The position numbers and the translations under genes are program-made. Source: a virus (lineage: Duplodnaviria; Caudoviricetes). Taken from it: a DNA stretch of 27,441 bases. Where the stretch lies: IMG/VR virus record IMGVR_UViG_3300009183_000309, positions 1 through 27,441 of that record; one strand, 5' to 3'. The stretch's first letter is position 1. Each line of letters opens with the position of its first letter. Positions 8,901-15,946 of the stretch are shown here, one piece after another. The notes below the pieces were generated by a model. It saw nothing but the letters and a program-made list of their open reading frames with translations. It was not told the origin of the DNA and ran no database searches.

Positions 8901-9486
8901 GCATCAATCCACTAGATTGTGTGTTTGGTAATACTGGTGTTGGTATAGAACTTAATCCAGAGTTAATAGCATTGATAGTTATGTTGAATAAGGTAGTGGT
9001 TTGTGCGGCAGACCCAGTTTCACCTGCATTGCCGGTAATGACAGTTTGACTAGCACTGGTATTGACTTTGACATAGGTGGTATTGGTTAAAATGTTTGTT
9101 GTGATTTTACCTAACAACCAAGTTTGTGTAATTACTTCTACCTGTGGGCTAACAATTTGCAACACACCTTGCACATAATAACGATTGGCAATTTGATAGC
9201 TACCGCTATTGCCGCCGTAGGTCATATCGTAAATAATACCGTCCAGCAAATAACCAACATCACGTTTGCATTTAAGAATGCGTGTTGAATCGTAAACATA
9301 TCCGTAAAACGGGCTACCAGAGTTGGCAACGTTGGCAGTTACTTGTTGTTGTATGTATGCACTAATTTCTTCTATTAAGAATGTTCTGTTTGCAGTCAAC
9401 AATGCCACAGCTTTAGGGTACTGTCCATATGCTGGAGGAATTGCTCCAGGTATATACTTGTACGTCGATATTTGTTTCTTTGCCAT
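2950..9486 (-). CDS. giant virion structural / tail-fibre-like protein, 2178 aa
   Basis: Long ORF rich in T/G/S/A, GxGY beta-repeats, two N-terminal KCxRD...GGN helical repeats, three C-terminal ~90-aa repeats; AAGGA SD; last gene of a fibre-like operon. Confidence 0.85.
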   Translation of the reverse strand: MAKKQISTYKYIPGAIPPAYGQYPKAVALLTANRTFLIEEISAYIQQQVTANVANSGSPFYGYVYDSTRILKCKRDVGYLLDGIIYDMTYGGNSGSYQIANRYYVQGVLQIVSPQVEVITQTWLLGKITTNILTNTTYVKVNTSASQTVITGNAGETGSAAQTTTLFNITINAINSGLSSIPTPVLPNTQSSGLMPKTVALLEANKRYIQEETIAYIAYNATNNIAPYAFYTYNAEKCRRDVSYVLEGYITDLKHGGNRQTIFNATYYWLNGVPQVDGDRLPEVFAHTFIKGLIQNYILAGIAFSSRQTAIAQVVDSGNPAEVFGSTIVALVSDIVIDVIKVGLALVPTKLSNRGSVKFPGFYKLKDILLITNTSRNVILYNFADPTYKAEITYTETYDSDFPAALYGNDRVTTITFDANTTDHMVTDNIQIFVEGAEQIVRLNRIGTDAMERMKVGIPQSMLDADFEYGLQPTKWQALAMMRNYPAIYEIPGSDLAVISVTTDASSGTGGSGASLITVTTQSSHGLNPGDAITIKALANSVSGFSRSEGSFLLASASGNTMTYYAKSKVGTSNGQQLSSTYTQLRKGNFYTGAAIGNPQFSVFSSGVAGTITTSLISASGTDTIGFTGTVPPVGAPLTGTGIPSGAQITAVTGPGGTAASTTLSANAAIGATSFNVTSTTGISQGLVFDRGDGQAVLVTDVTSNTITIQNPLTSAIVGTSASVLGVTQTSTTGSGTGGIFTISRSGSTYTTVATTPGTGYVAGNTITFAGSGLGGNNTNNAIATVGAASPARTVSSLDFATGTGGSGYVTATGVPTTVTALGSGSTGAGTGLTVDITASGGAVDTFAVNTVGSGYYVGDTITVQLKAVATVNTIVPGNGYTTASGVTTSGGSGTGLTVDITVVNGTPATLTLTNAGTGYSTASGVVTSGGSGTGLTLNITQTGGIIDTAVINVAGTGYLNNEVITITGGGGNASVTINSVIDGKVNSVTVNNPGRGYNISNVITVVQGANTNSTFTVATLTGITSTVQILAVNPGGVIQSISGTTGTPITAPTKNFISAFTMSDVTTSQIASGNTGITYTSIATIQVTFASNHGFVPGNTITVSITSADTGAQLAAGPFFVEQVPDPTRLRYTARSAGTINNTLTGVIYGRPDSFFVHRPFDGGVQLGTASPSHGATAIRMSKKYIRYQSGKGVMYNTGALFAPSYDLRSLVAAATTVGSIITITTDDTDHGLQVGGVVIISGVQTSGFNGTYTVTDISTERVFRVLAQTTLGNTNAVLSSPCIMSVKNWHGSTIRSGIFDDQNGMFWQYDGQRMAVVRRSSTQQLAGTISIPANSNTVTGDNTRFTQQLAAGDRIVIRGMTHIVSVVTSDTIISVTPDYRGVSDVVGAKAVKTVDIVIPQENWNIDPLNGSGPSGYNIDVTKMQMIGIQHTWYGAGFIDFMLRGPDGNYAFAHRFRNSNVNTEAYMRTGNQPVRYEVINEGAKGKLSAVMTDSQTTVPLSVEDAYWFPSAGTVYIDNELIRYTGNDGANLTGCTRAAPLTQFTAGSQRNFTAGIASSHVIGAGVVLVSNTITPNISHWGSAFMIDGQFDSDRGYIFNYAATAVSASVDKRTAFLIRLAPSVSNAQIGDLGDKELLNRAQLLLSGIAIASDSVAGGGAIVIEGVLNPQNYPTDPTKITWTGLASSAAGGQPSFAQIAAGGSVTWGGNVYTTTATVQGAFTTTLTAKSFAAVTNTLTATSFSQINQLANAPAITGAQNATYQFAFSTARSDFLIPQSTFAAFTTPILVGDALSVATYITGGQTVQSVTANFITINSVAYARIVMSAVANATSATNTQISNVTIRSNLSLTYATALSSARTDFLIPQTQYASSTLAVSDVLSVATFLTSGQSVSSITPNYCVFANVAYARVIMTGSANSSSVSGTGNNVTVTATSAATATYGSALSTARSDFLITDSSYAGTGIAVGDVLSVATNLTGGQTISSIVPGYITINSISHTRIVMSGVANATSTAGSGNDKTVTVTAAGSSASYTTTNYLFFDSTTWLASGASVGTKVASDQTKFPAGTSVAQVSTRTYGATTVYRVTFTQTTNAGISAADTLKFQFGSAFALPGEQVFSFISNPGSTDNLSLDALKELTATAIGGRGTFPNGPDVLAINVYKVSGTATPCNIILRWGEAQA
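3460..4200 (-). repeat. three ~89-90 aa protein repeats (STARSDFLI...GDxLSVAT...ARIVMS)
   Basis: DF codons recur at ~4171, ~3901 and ~3634 (spacing 270 and 267 nt). Confidence 0.85.
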
Positions 9487-9502
9487 TTAGTTTAATCCTT
9501 GA

Positions 9503-10204
9503 TTAGCTCATTGCGATAGACATTGCTAATGCTCTTGCGTCTACGTATTTCTTGTTTGTTGCGTGTATTGGTAGTGTTGGTAATGTACTTATTGCTACAT
9601 TAGAGTTGGCTTGTATATTGCCAGAAACTTCTAATGTATTTAATATACCCGTAGATGTTATACTGCTTGTTACTACTGTAGCATTTAATTCAGTACCAGA
9701 TAATGTGGTTGCATCTGCGGTAACTATAATATTTCCAGTACCGTCAAAACTAACTCCGTTAATTGTTCTTGCATTTGTTAATTTAACAGAGGTACTAGCA
9801 GAAGTAGCTAAAGTAGCAGTTGATGCAGTACCTGTTAAGTTACCAGTTACATTACCAGTTACATTACCAGTTACATTACCAGTTACATTACCAGTTACAT
9901 TACCAGTTACATTGCCGCTAAATGTACCGGTTACAGTTCCTGTAAAAGTTGGGCTTGCTATAGGTGCTTTGAGCGCGATAGCTGAATTTATTGTTGCATT
10001 ATTAGTAGTAACCGCGGTTAAACTTGCAAAATTTGTAGTAGTCCACGATTGAGTTGCTAGCGATCTACCGCCTGCCGTTTTACCATCAAATAATCTTAGT
10101 GTATTGTTTGAACCATCATAAAAAATTTCGCCGTTTAGAAAGGCCTGACGTTCTAATGAAACTGCGTCATAACGTTCTAATCTAAGTGCTCTTGCTGGTA
10201 ACAT
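9503..10204 (-). CDS. short tail-fibre-like protein with GNVT repeat shaft, 233 aa
   Basis: GEIFYD..NNTLRLFDGKTAGG head; KAPIASPTFTG; ARTINGVSFDGTGNI fibre motif; ATNKKYVD; SD AAGGA and GTAAATA box 10221-10227. Confidence 0.8.
   Translation of the reverse strand: MLPARALRLERYDAVSLERQAFLNGEIFYDGSNNTLRLFDGKTAGGRSLATQSWTTTNFASLTAVTTNNATINSAIALKAPIASPTFTGTVTGTFSGNVTGNVTGNVTGNVTGNVTGNVTGNLTGTASTATLATSASTSVKLTNARTINGVSFDGTGNIIVTADATTLSGTELNATVVTSSITSTGILNTLEVSGNIQANSNVAISTLPTLPIHATNKKYVDARALAMSIAMS
9841..9912. repeat. perfect 12-bp tandem repeat (TACCAGTTACAT)x6 encoding (GNVT)x6
   Basis: Directly visible. Confidence 0.95.
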
Positions 10205-10223
10205 TTTCTTGTCCTTTTAGTAT

Positions 10224-11228
10224 TTACAATAATGCGGGCGGACCAAAGTATGTGTTGCCAATTATATAAGGATACACAGGTGATAACGCTGAGTTTAATG
10301 TTATAAAATATGCATAAGTTCCGTTAGGGTAATCGGGTGTAACACAAAATCTTCCATTATGTTGATCCAAATCACCGCTAGCTGTAAAACTATAATCTTC
10401 GATAAAAATACCCATTGGATATGCAGTAATATTACTTGCTTCCGTGCCTTCTCGAGTAGTTGGAGAATTTAAAGTATAACCGGAGACCATTCGTTTGATA
10501 CCACTAGAAGCATCAACAGCTCTAACAAATCCAAAAGGTCCATATACTGGATAACCATCAGCACTAATGCCTAATATCTTGCTATGACCGCTTGGATGAG
10601 TTAATCCGCTGATTAAATATTTAATTACAGTAGCTTCAGCAACACCTGTTTGGCCAAATGTTCCAGATTTATATCCCGCACCGGATAGCCAGGCATTTAA
10701 AAACGAACCGTCATGATAATGATATTGATCTGAAGGAGCCGCATGTCCACCAGCTAAATCTTCTCCAAACGTATAACCTAAGTCTCTTCCAGATTGACTG
10801 GCCGCGTTATATTCCCAAGTTGGTGCTAGTAAATTAGGGCCGCTAGGCGCAAGTCCTTGTGCGCTTGGATTATACATAGCTACACCATTTAACCATATAC
10901 CAATTAGTCCTACGCCGGTTGCTATGTTTGTACCTTCAATAGTAGTGCCGCCTCGGTATGTCCAGGTTTTAATATAATTTTGAACTACTGCCACGCTGGC
11001 AGTATCGTCTGATCCATAACTATGATAAGGAAGTCCTGTGCCTACAAATGTAACATTACTACCGTTAAATGTCCATGTACTAGAATTAGCAACACGACCA
11101 GGCCCGCCCAACTGTAATGCAGTTGCACTTGCACTTATATTTGCCCCAGTAAAAGAATATACATCAAATGTTCTTCTAGTTGCGGTGTTTGCTAAACTTC
11201 TGCCAGATATTGAACCAATGCGTGGCAT
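10224..11228 (-). CDS. YHYH-domain protein, 334 aa, likely virion-associated
   Basis: GHAAPSDQYHYH, ADGYPVYGPFG, LDQHNGRFCVTPDYPNGTYAYF motifs. Confidence 0.85.
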   Translation of the reverse strand: MPRIGSISGRSLANTATRRTFDVYSFTGANISASATALQLGGPGRVANSSTWTFNGSNVTFVGTGLPYHSYGSDDTASVAVVQNYIKTWTYRGGTTIEGTNIATGVGLIGIWLNGVAMYNPSAQGLAPSGPNLLAPTWEYNAASQSGRDLGYTFGEDLAGGHAAPSDQYHYHDGSFLNAWLSGAGYKSGTFGQTGVAEATVIKYLISGLTHPSGHSKILGISADGYPVYGPFGFVRAVDASSGIKRMVSGYTLNSPTTREGTEASNITAYPMGIFIEDYSFTASGDLDQHNGRFCVTPDYPNGTYAYFITLNSALSPVYPYIIGNTYFGPPALL

Positions 11229-11232
11229 ATGA

Positions 11233-12006
11233 TTATCCGTATGTGCTTAGGCTACCAGTAGCAATCCAGCTACTATTAACTCTTAACAATGTATATGAAA
11301 TAACATCTATTTTGCTAGCATTGCCAGCAGGAGCAGATGTGTTTAACCAATTAACTGTTTGAGCTACTCCGTTAATTTGTATTGCGCTTGGCACATAGGC
11401 AGTTGCTCCTTGCACTATAATTAATGTTACTACAATAACTTTGCCGTTTGCAGTTGGTATATTTGTAAAATTGGCCGTAAATCCTGAAGTTACATTAGAA
11501 TGATACCAAATGGCACCCGTTAAAAAATCGTGTGTCATTATGCCTGTAGCGGCAGTTTTAGTATTGAATGCTTCAACAGTTTGTTGTAATACTGTTGTGC
11601 CTGCTACTGAGAATATAGAATTAACATTATCCCAAGTTAATCCAGCCGCATCATCAACTGCATTAGTTGAATTAGTATAGTAAGCAAGGGATCCTGCTGT
11701 ACCAACTGCAACTGTACCACTTCCTGTGCCACCACCCGCAAGCTGTCTAGCACTAATAACACCAGAATTAATAGTAATAGTTTCACCGTCTACTTTAACG
11801 GTACCTGACACGGATGTAGATGCTACATCAACCGTAGATGTTCCGCTTGCGCCAGCATAGTTCAAGGTATTCCATGATGTGGACCCGTCGCCGTATTTTA
11901 TTCTACGTGTATCAGTTTCTAATCCGGGTTCTCCGGATGCTAATGTTGGATTTACTTGCGTCCAATTGGCCGCGGTATCTCTGCGTAACTTAATCAATGA
12001 AGCCAT
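11233..12006 (-). CDS. virion protein with Mtd N-terminal-like (fibre-anchoring) domain, 257 aa
   Basis: IKLRRDTAANW...NPTLASGEPGLETDT..IKYGDGST.WN.L.Y motif; GTAAATA box 12031-12037; SD AGGA. Confidence 0.8.
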   Translation of the reverse strand: MASLIKLRRDTAANWTQVNPTLASGEPGLETDTRRIKYGDGSTSWNTLNYAGASGTSTVDVASTSVSGTVKVDGETITINSGVISARQLAGGGTGSGTVAVGTAGSLAYYTNSTNAVDDAAGLTWDNVNSIFSVAGTTVLQQTVEAFNTKTAATGIMTHDFLTGAIWYHSNVTSGFTANFTNIPTANGKVIVVTLIIVQGATAYVPSAIQINGVAQTVNWLNTSAPAGNASKIDVISYTLLRVNSSWIATGSLSTYG

Positions 12007-12062
12007 GTCGATTCCTGTTGTCTAGTACTATATTTACCTAAAAATCATAGTGTTGAGGTCAT

Positions 12063-12090
12063 AAAAAAAGCCACTCAAAAGTGGCTCTTT
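12063..12090 (-). terminator. intrinsic terminator after the 12104-12655 gene
   Basis: Minus strand AGCCACT-TTTG-AGTGGCT followed by a T-run. Confidence 0.85.
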
Positions 12091-12103
12091 AAATTGTGTA
12101 TAA

Positions 12104-12655
12104 TTACATTGCGCCCGGCATTGGTTTTGTCCAAACACCGCCACATTCTTTTATTCCTAGACCGTGTCCATGTAAGTGATAGCTGTGTTCGCCGGTTCCA
12201 ACTGAATGTGGGCACATGCATTCATGTCCGCGAAGACCTTGTGAATAACCTTCATGTAAGGCCGCTTTGTGTAGCAATACCTGATGACGATCTCCGGCTT
12301 CAATATTTTCAGCAATTGGAGTAGCTTCTTTATTTGATTCGCCGCCCTTTGCTAATTTTTCTGCTTCTTCTCTGCCCATACGTCCGCTTTGACTTAGCAA
12401 TTTGGCTAATGTAGTTGGGCGCAAAATACCATCTGCTGGCAAATCTCCAGTTGCTTGTTGAAAATCTTTAACTGCTGAAATAACAGCTTGGATTGATCCT
12501 TCACCCTTTGGCGGAGCAATTTGAATTTTATCCGAACTGGGCATATCAGTAGTATCGCTTGGGCCAGAAGTTGGCATATCTGCTACAGGTTTAGAGTCAG
12601 TTTCTGCCTCTAAAATATCTAAATACTTGCGTAATATGTTTGGTGTTGTTGACAT
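12104..12655 (-). CDS. late protein with a peptidoglycan-binding-like motif and His/Cys-rich C-terminus, 183 aa
   Basis: AVKDFQQATG.LPADGILRPTTLAKL; ATAAATA box 12675-12681. Confidence 0.7.
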   Translation of the reverse strand: MSTTPNILRKYLDILEAETDSKPVADMPTSGPSDTTDMPSSDKIQIAPPKGEGSIQAVISAVKDFQQATGDLPADGILRPTTLAKLLSQSGRMGREEAEKLAKGGESNKEATPIAENIEAGDRHQVLLHKAALHEGYSQGLRGHECMCPHSVGTGEHSYHLHGHGLGIKECGGVWTKPMPGAM

Positions 12656-12715
12656 AGTTTAATCTCTCTTTACGTATTTATTCGAAAACACGGCTCTGGT
12701 TCATAATATATTTAG

Positions 12716-14170
12716 TTAAAAGTCGTCTGAATCTCCAGGAATTTTATTTAAAAGTTCCCGTAATTTACTGCTTTCAACTTGGGCAGTTACTTTGCCAATA
12801 GGTTTGCCTTGGCTTGGATCTGTAGGTACTTCTGCGCTAGTTACTGTAGTTTTTTGCTTTAAACTGTCAATAAAACTACTGCCAGTACTACGCATAGCTA
12901 CTTGCGTATCATCTTCTAAACAGTCTGTAATTCTAAGAGTATCCACGTTAAAATCCAAATCAATTTTCATACCAACACCACTGCTACTACGTGTTTTCAT
13001 TAGTTGAATTTGATAGCGTCCACGCTCACGCATTGCCCTGCTAGTAAAGATACCAAACACATTATCCGCTGTCTGAATCTTACTTAATCCACCCGAGATA
13101 TGACTATGGTCAAACTCTACTTCTTCAACTGCTCCACGATTCAACTGTGCGGCCGTTACAAACACACAGTTCTTTTCCACTGCTAAATTTCGCAGTTCTT
13201 CGGAGACATATTTGTCCTTGACGAACAAGTTTTCAGCACTAATTTTTTTACTTAGTGGCATTAACAAGTCCATGTAGTCAACTAATAGCACGTCAACCTT
13301 ACGACCCATTTTAATTTCATACTCTTTCAAATAAGCACGAATGTCATTGGCTGTTTTACCGCTAGGCATATACTTAACTTGTAACTGCCCGGATTTCTTA
13401 CCAATCATTTTAACTTTCATTTCAACATCATCGATGTTCTTGAAAATCTCTCTTGTAGGTATGCCGGTTACCATAGCATCTACACGCATACTAACTAGTT
13501 CCTCACTCAGTTCTAATGTTAAGTAAATTACATTAAGTCCAGCGAGAGCATAATTGACACCAAGATTAGCCAAGAATAAGGATTTACCAGCACCGCTACC
13601 GCCAGCCCAGATATTGAGTTCACCACGGTTAAATCCTCCAAATAACTTGTCATCAACGTTTTTCCAACCTGTCGAAATTTGTCCATTTTTATCCTTAATA
13701 GCCATTAGTCGAGCACGGGGATCTTTAAAATAATCCGTACCCATGTCACGTTGTAAACCAACTTGTACTGCTTGTTTAATCTTTTCTTCTACTGGACCGT
13801 ACTCACCTTTTTCCAACAAGTCAGCACTTTCAAGAATAGCTCGCTCAAGACCTTTATGTCTAATAAATGTTTCAAAGTCATTCATTAGCCATTCAAAGTG
13901 TTCTTCACGCAAATCAGTTGCGGCCTTTAATGTGCTACCAGTTGCCGCATTAATAATGTCGGGTGTAGGTAATACATTATTATCACTTACATACGCAGTT
14001 AAGAATTCTGCCGCTTCTTGCAAACGACGATCAAATAGTTTGCTATCAAAAATACTTTGGCAACGCACAAAAGTACCTGCATCTGCCAGCATCATTTCTA
14101 AATATACACGCTGAATATCATATCCATAATCAACGTTCTGTCTTGCTTTATTTTCTTGTTTTTCACTCAT
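12716..14170 (-). CDS. gp41: replicative DNA helicase (DnaB / T4 gp41-like)
   Basis: Walker A GGSGAGKS, LTLELSE, VDYMDL, TAAQLNR, MKTR. Confidence 0.93.
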   Translation of the reverse strand: MSEKQENKARQNVDYGYDIQRVYLEMMLADAGTFVRCQSIFDSKLFDRRLQEAAEFLTAYVSDNNVLPTPDIINAATGSTLKAATDLREEHFEWLMNDFETFIRHKGLERAILESADLLEKGEYGPVEEKIKQAVQVGLQRDMGTDYFKDPRARLMAIKDKNGQISTGWKNVDDKLFGGFNRGELNIWAGGSGAGKSLFLANLGVNYALAGLNVIYLTLELSEELVSMRVDAMVTGIPTREIFKNIDDVEMKVKMIGKKSGQLQVKYMPSGKTANDIRAYLKEYEIKMGRKVDVLLVDYMDLLMPLSKKISAENLFVKDKYVSEELRNLAVEKNCVFVTAAQLNRGAVEEVEFDHSHISGGLSKIQTADNVFGIFTSRAMRERGRYQIQLMKTRSSSGVGMKIDLDFNVDTLRITDCLEDDTQVAMRSTGSSFIDSLKQKTTVTSAEVPTDPSQGKPIGKVTAQVESSKLRELLNKIPGDSDDF

Positions 14171-14175
14171 AAATT

Positions 14176-14204
14176 ATTATACACTCTTTATACGTTAATC
14201 GCAA
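14176..14204 (-). promoter_or_regulatory. sigma70-type promoter for the helicase (TTGCGA-17-TATAAT)
   Basis: -10 ends 5 nt upstream of ATG 14170; no SD. Confidence 0.65.
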
Positions 14205-15141
14205 TATGTTTGACTGGAGCCCAGTCATTTCTCCATATACGTTGTTTGGTGTGATACGCAACTGCACCAATACTACTGCTCGGATCTCCAGGATTTGGTA
14301 AACTCCAACGATATTTAAATACGGGTTCAACTGCATTCTTGTTAGCGGCACTGTTCATAGCACATCCGCCCATATATACTAAACAATCTGCGTTAGTTAA
14401 TCGTTTAGCTAAACGCATTACTTTACTAATTTCAATTTCAAAACGCTCTTGAACTGCGGCCGCAAGGTTACACTGGTCTGGTACTGTCCAGCCTCCAATA
14501 TCCCAATTCTGTACACCTCTATGAAAATTGTAGGCAAGCTCAACCGTGCCGCCTTTAAAGTAAGTATCTATGTCTTTTCTAAATCTACTAGGGTCGCCCA
14601 GTGTGGCCATTTGTTGTAATATGTATTCATCTCTAATAGGCTGTAATCCTAGCATCTTTGTGAACGCACTGTAAAACAATCCTAAACTATGTGGATAACT
14701 TTTACTCCACACTCTAGTCATTTCGCCATGCTTACCTTCCCAAATAGTAGCACATTCAAACTCGCCGATAGCGTCTAGTACAACAATAGCACAGTGATTA
14801 AACGGACTTGTATAATATCCTGCGGCCGCATGGCTAGCATGATGTTTAGTGTAAGTTAAGCTGGCATACCCTAACCCCCATTTTTTAAGTTTGCGGGCGG
14901 GCAGTACTGACAAATCTATTGCAGTAGTATATTGGCCTGCATATAGCTGTCTTGCTTTCTTAAACCATGGATTTTCATACCAAAAAATTCTATCAGGAGT
15001 TCCGTGATACTCTAGAAAGTTTTTATACATATCTGGCGATATTTCATCGTTATCAGATATAACATTGTTAATATAGTTGCCGTCTTTAAAAACAGCAATA
15101 CTACTACCATGATTTAGTGCATTGACTCCCCAGCAAATCAT
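14188..15141 (-). CDS. carbamoyltransferase (NodU/CmcH family), N-terminal Kae1-like domain only, 317 aa
   Basis: HHASHAAAGYYTSPF, LDAIGE, YPHSLGLFYS, GGCAMNSAAN, PGDPSSSIGA; ORF ends before the C-terminal domain. Confidence 0.85.
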   Translation of the reverse strand: MICWGVNALNHGSSIAVFKDGNYINNVISDNDEISPDMYKNFLEYHGTPDRIFWYENPWFKKARQLYAGQYTTAIDLSVLPARKLKKWGLGYASLTYTKHHASHAAAGYYTSPFNHCAIVVLDAIGEFECATIWEGKHGEMTRVWSKSYPHSLGLFYSAFTKMLGLQPIRDEYILQQMATLGDPSRFRKDIDTYFKGGTVELAYNFHRGVQNWDIGGWTVPDQCNLAAAVQERFEIEISKVMRLAKRLTNADCLVYMGGCAMNSAANKNAVEPVFKYRWSLPNPGDPSSSIGAVAYHTKQRIWRNDWAPVKHIAINV

Positions 15142-15836
15142 CTATGAGTAACCTCTATATAATATATCTGCATAGCTGTGTTTGTATCATAGTGCTTTAA
15201 AGAACTAATTTCTCTAATTATTTTAAGCCCAGCATTTTCTACCATATGCATAAAGTTTCCGGCACGTTTTGCAGACCCAGCTTGATTTTCTTGTATTAAA
15301 ATTATTCCATTGGGTGCCAATCGTTTTTTAATATGTTTGTAAAAATCTGTGTGAGCTTTCCAATTTTCGTCTATTAGTATTTCTGCATTACGTGGCCCTA
15401 TCTGCATTCCTAATTTATCAAACCCTAGACTTTGCGATGCAAGATATTTAGATAGATAGTGTGGAGGATTTGCTACTACCAAATCAAATTTTTCAGACTC
15501 GGGTATACTTTCTAAGGTCGACCCTTGGTATATTGAAATTTTATCAGAGAATAAAGTATTTTTTGATTTAGTAAGTTCTGCCATATCTAGTGCAGGCTGA
15601 TGGATATCATTAAACGTAATACGATTACATAGTCCTGTTGCTAGCAGTGCATAACCTATAAATCCTGGACCTGAACACCATTCGAGAGCATTTTCAAATA
15701 CTCGATCACCGTATAGACCATCAACAATATTACAATAATCTTCAGCAAATGCTTCGCCGCCGCCATTAGTCTCGTTAGTATAGTATACGTCTATGTCGTT
15801 AATTTTCCAAACATAATTAATATTAATTGGTTTCAT
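15138..15836 (-). CDS. class I SAM-dependent methyltransferase (HemK/small-MTase-like)
   Basis: LEWCSGPGFIG (motif I), DLVVANPPHY (motif IV). Confidence 0.85.
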   Translation of the reverse strand: MKPININYVWKINDIDVYYTNETNGGGEAFAEDYCNIVDGLYGDRVFENALEWCSGPGFIGYALLATGLCNRITFNDIHQPALDMAELTKSKNTLFSDKISIYQGSTLESIPESEKFDLVVANPPHYLSKYLASQSLGFDKLGMQIGPRNAEILIDENWKAHTDFYKHIKKRLAPNGIILIQENQAGSAKRAGNFMHMVENAGLKIIREISSLKHYDTNTAMQIYYIEVTHR

Positions 15837-15946
15837 TTGTATATAAACGGATCTCGTTTCCGTAGTTCCTCTAAACGTTTCTTAAATGCTCTCTCAGCTT
15901 GCCATTTATGCAACGGCCACAGTAAAATTTCAATTAGTTTTTTCAT
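15833..15946 (-). CDS. 37-aa basic peptide MKKLIEILLWPLHKWQAERAFKKRLEELRKRDPFIYK
   Basis: Read by hand; AAGGA SD; fills the primase-MTase gap; ATGA overlap with the MTase start. Confidence 0.75.
   Translation of the reverse strand: MKKLIEILLWPLHKWQAERAFKKRLEELRKRDPFIYK

Noticed and set aside
11233-12006. Diversity-generating retroelement suggested by the Mtd N-terminal-like domain
   Set aside because: No reverse transcriptase and no TR/VR pair with adenine-specific mismatches seen in the window; the domain is a common fibre anchor.
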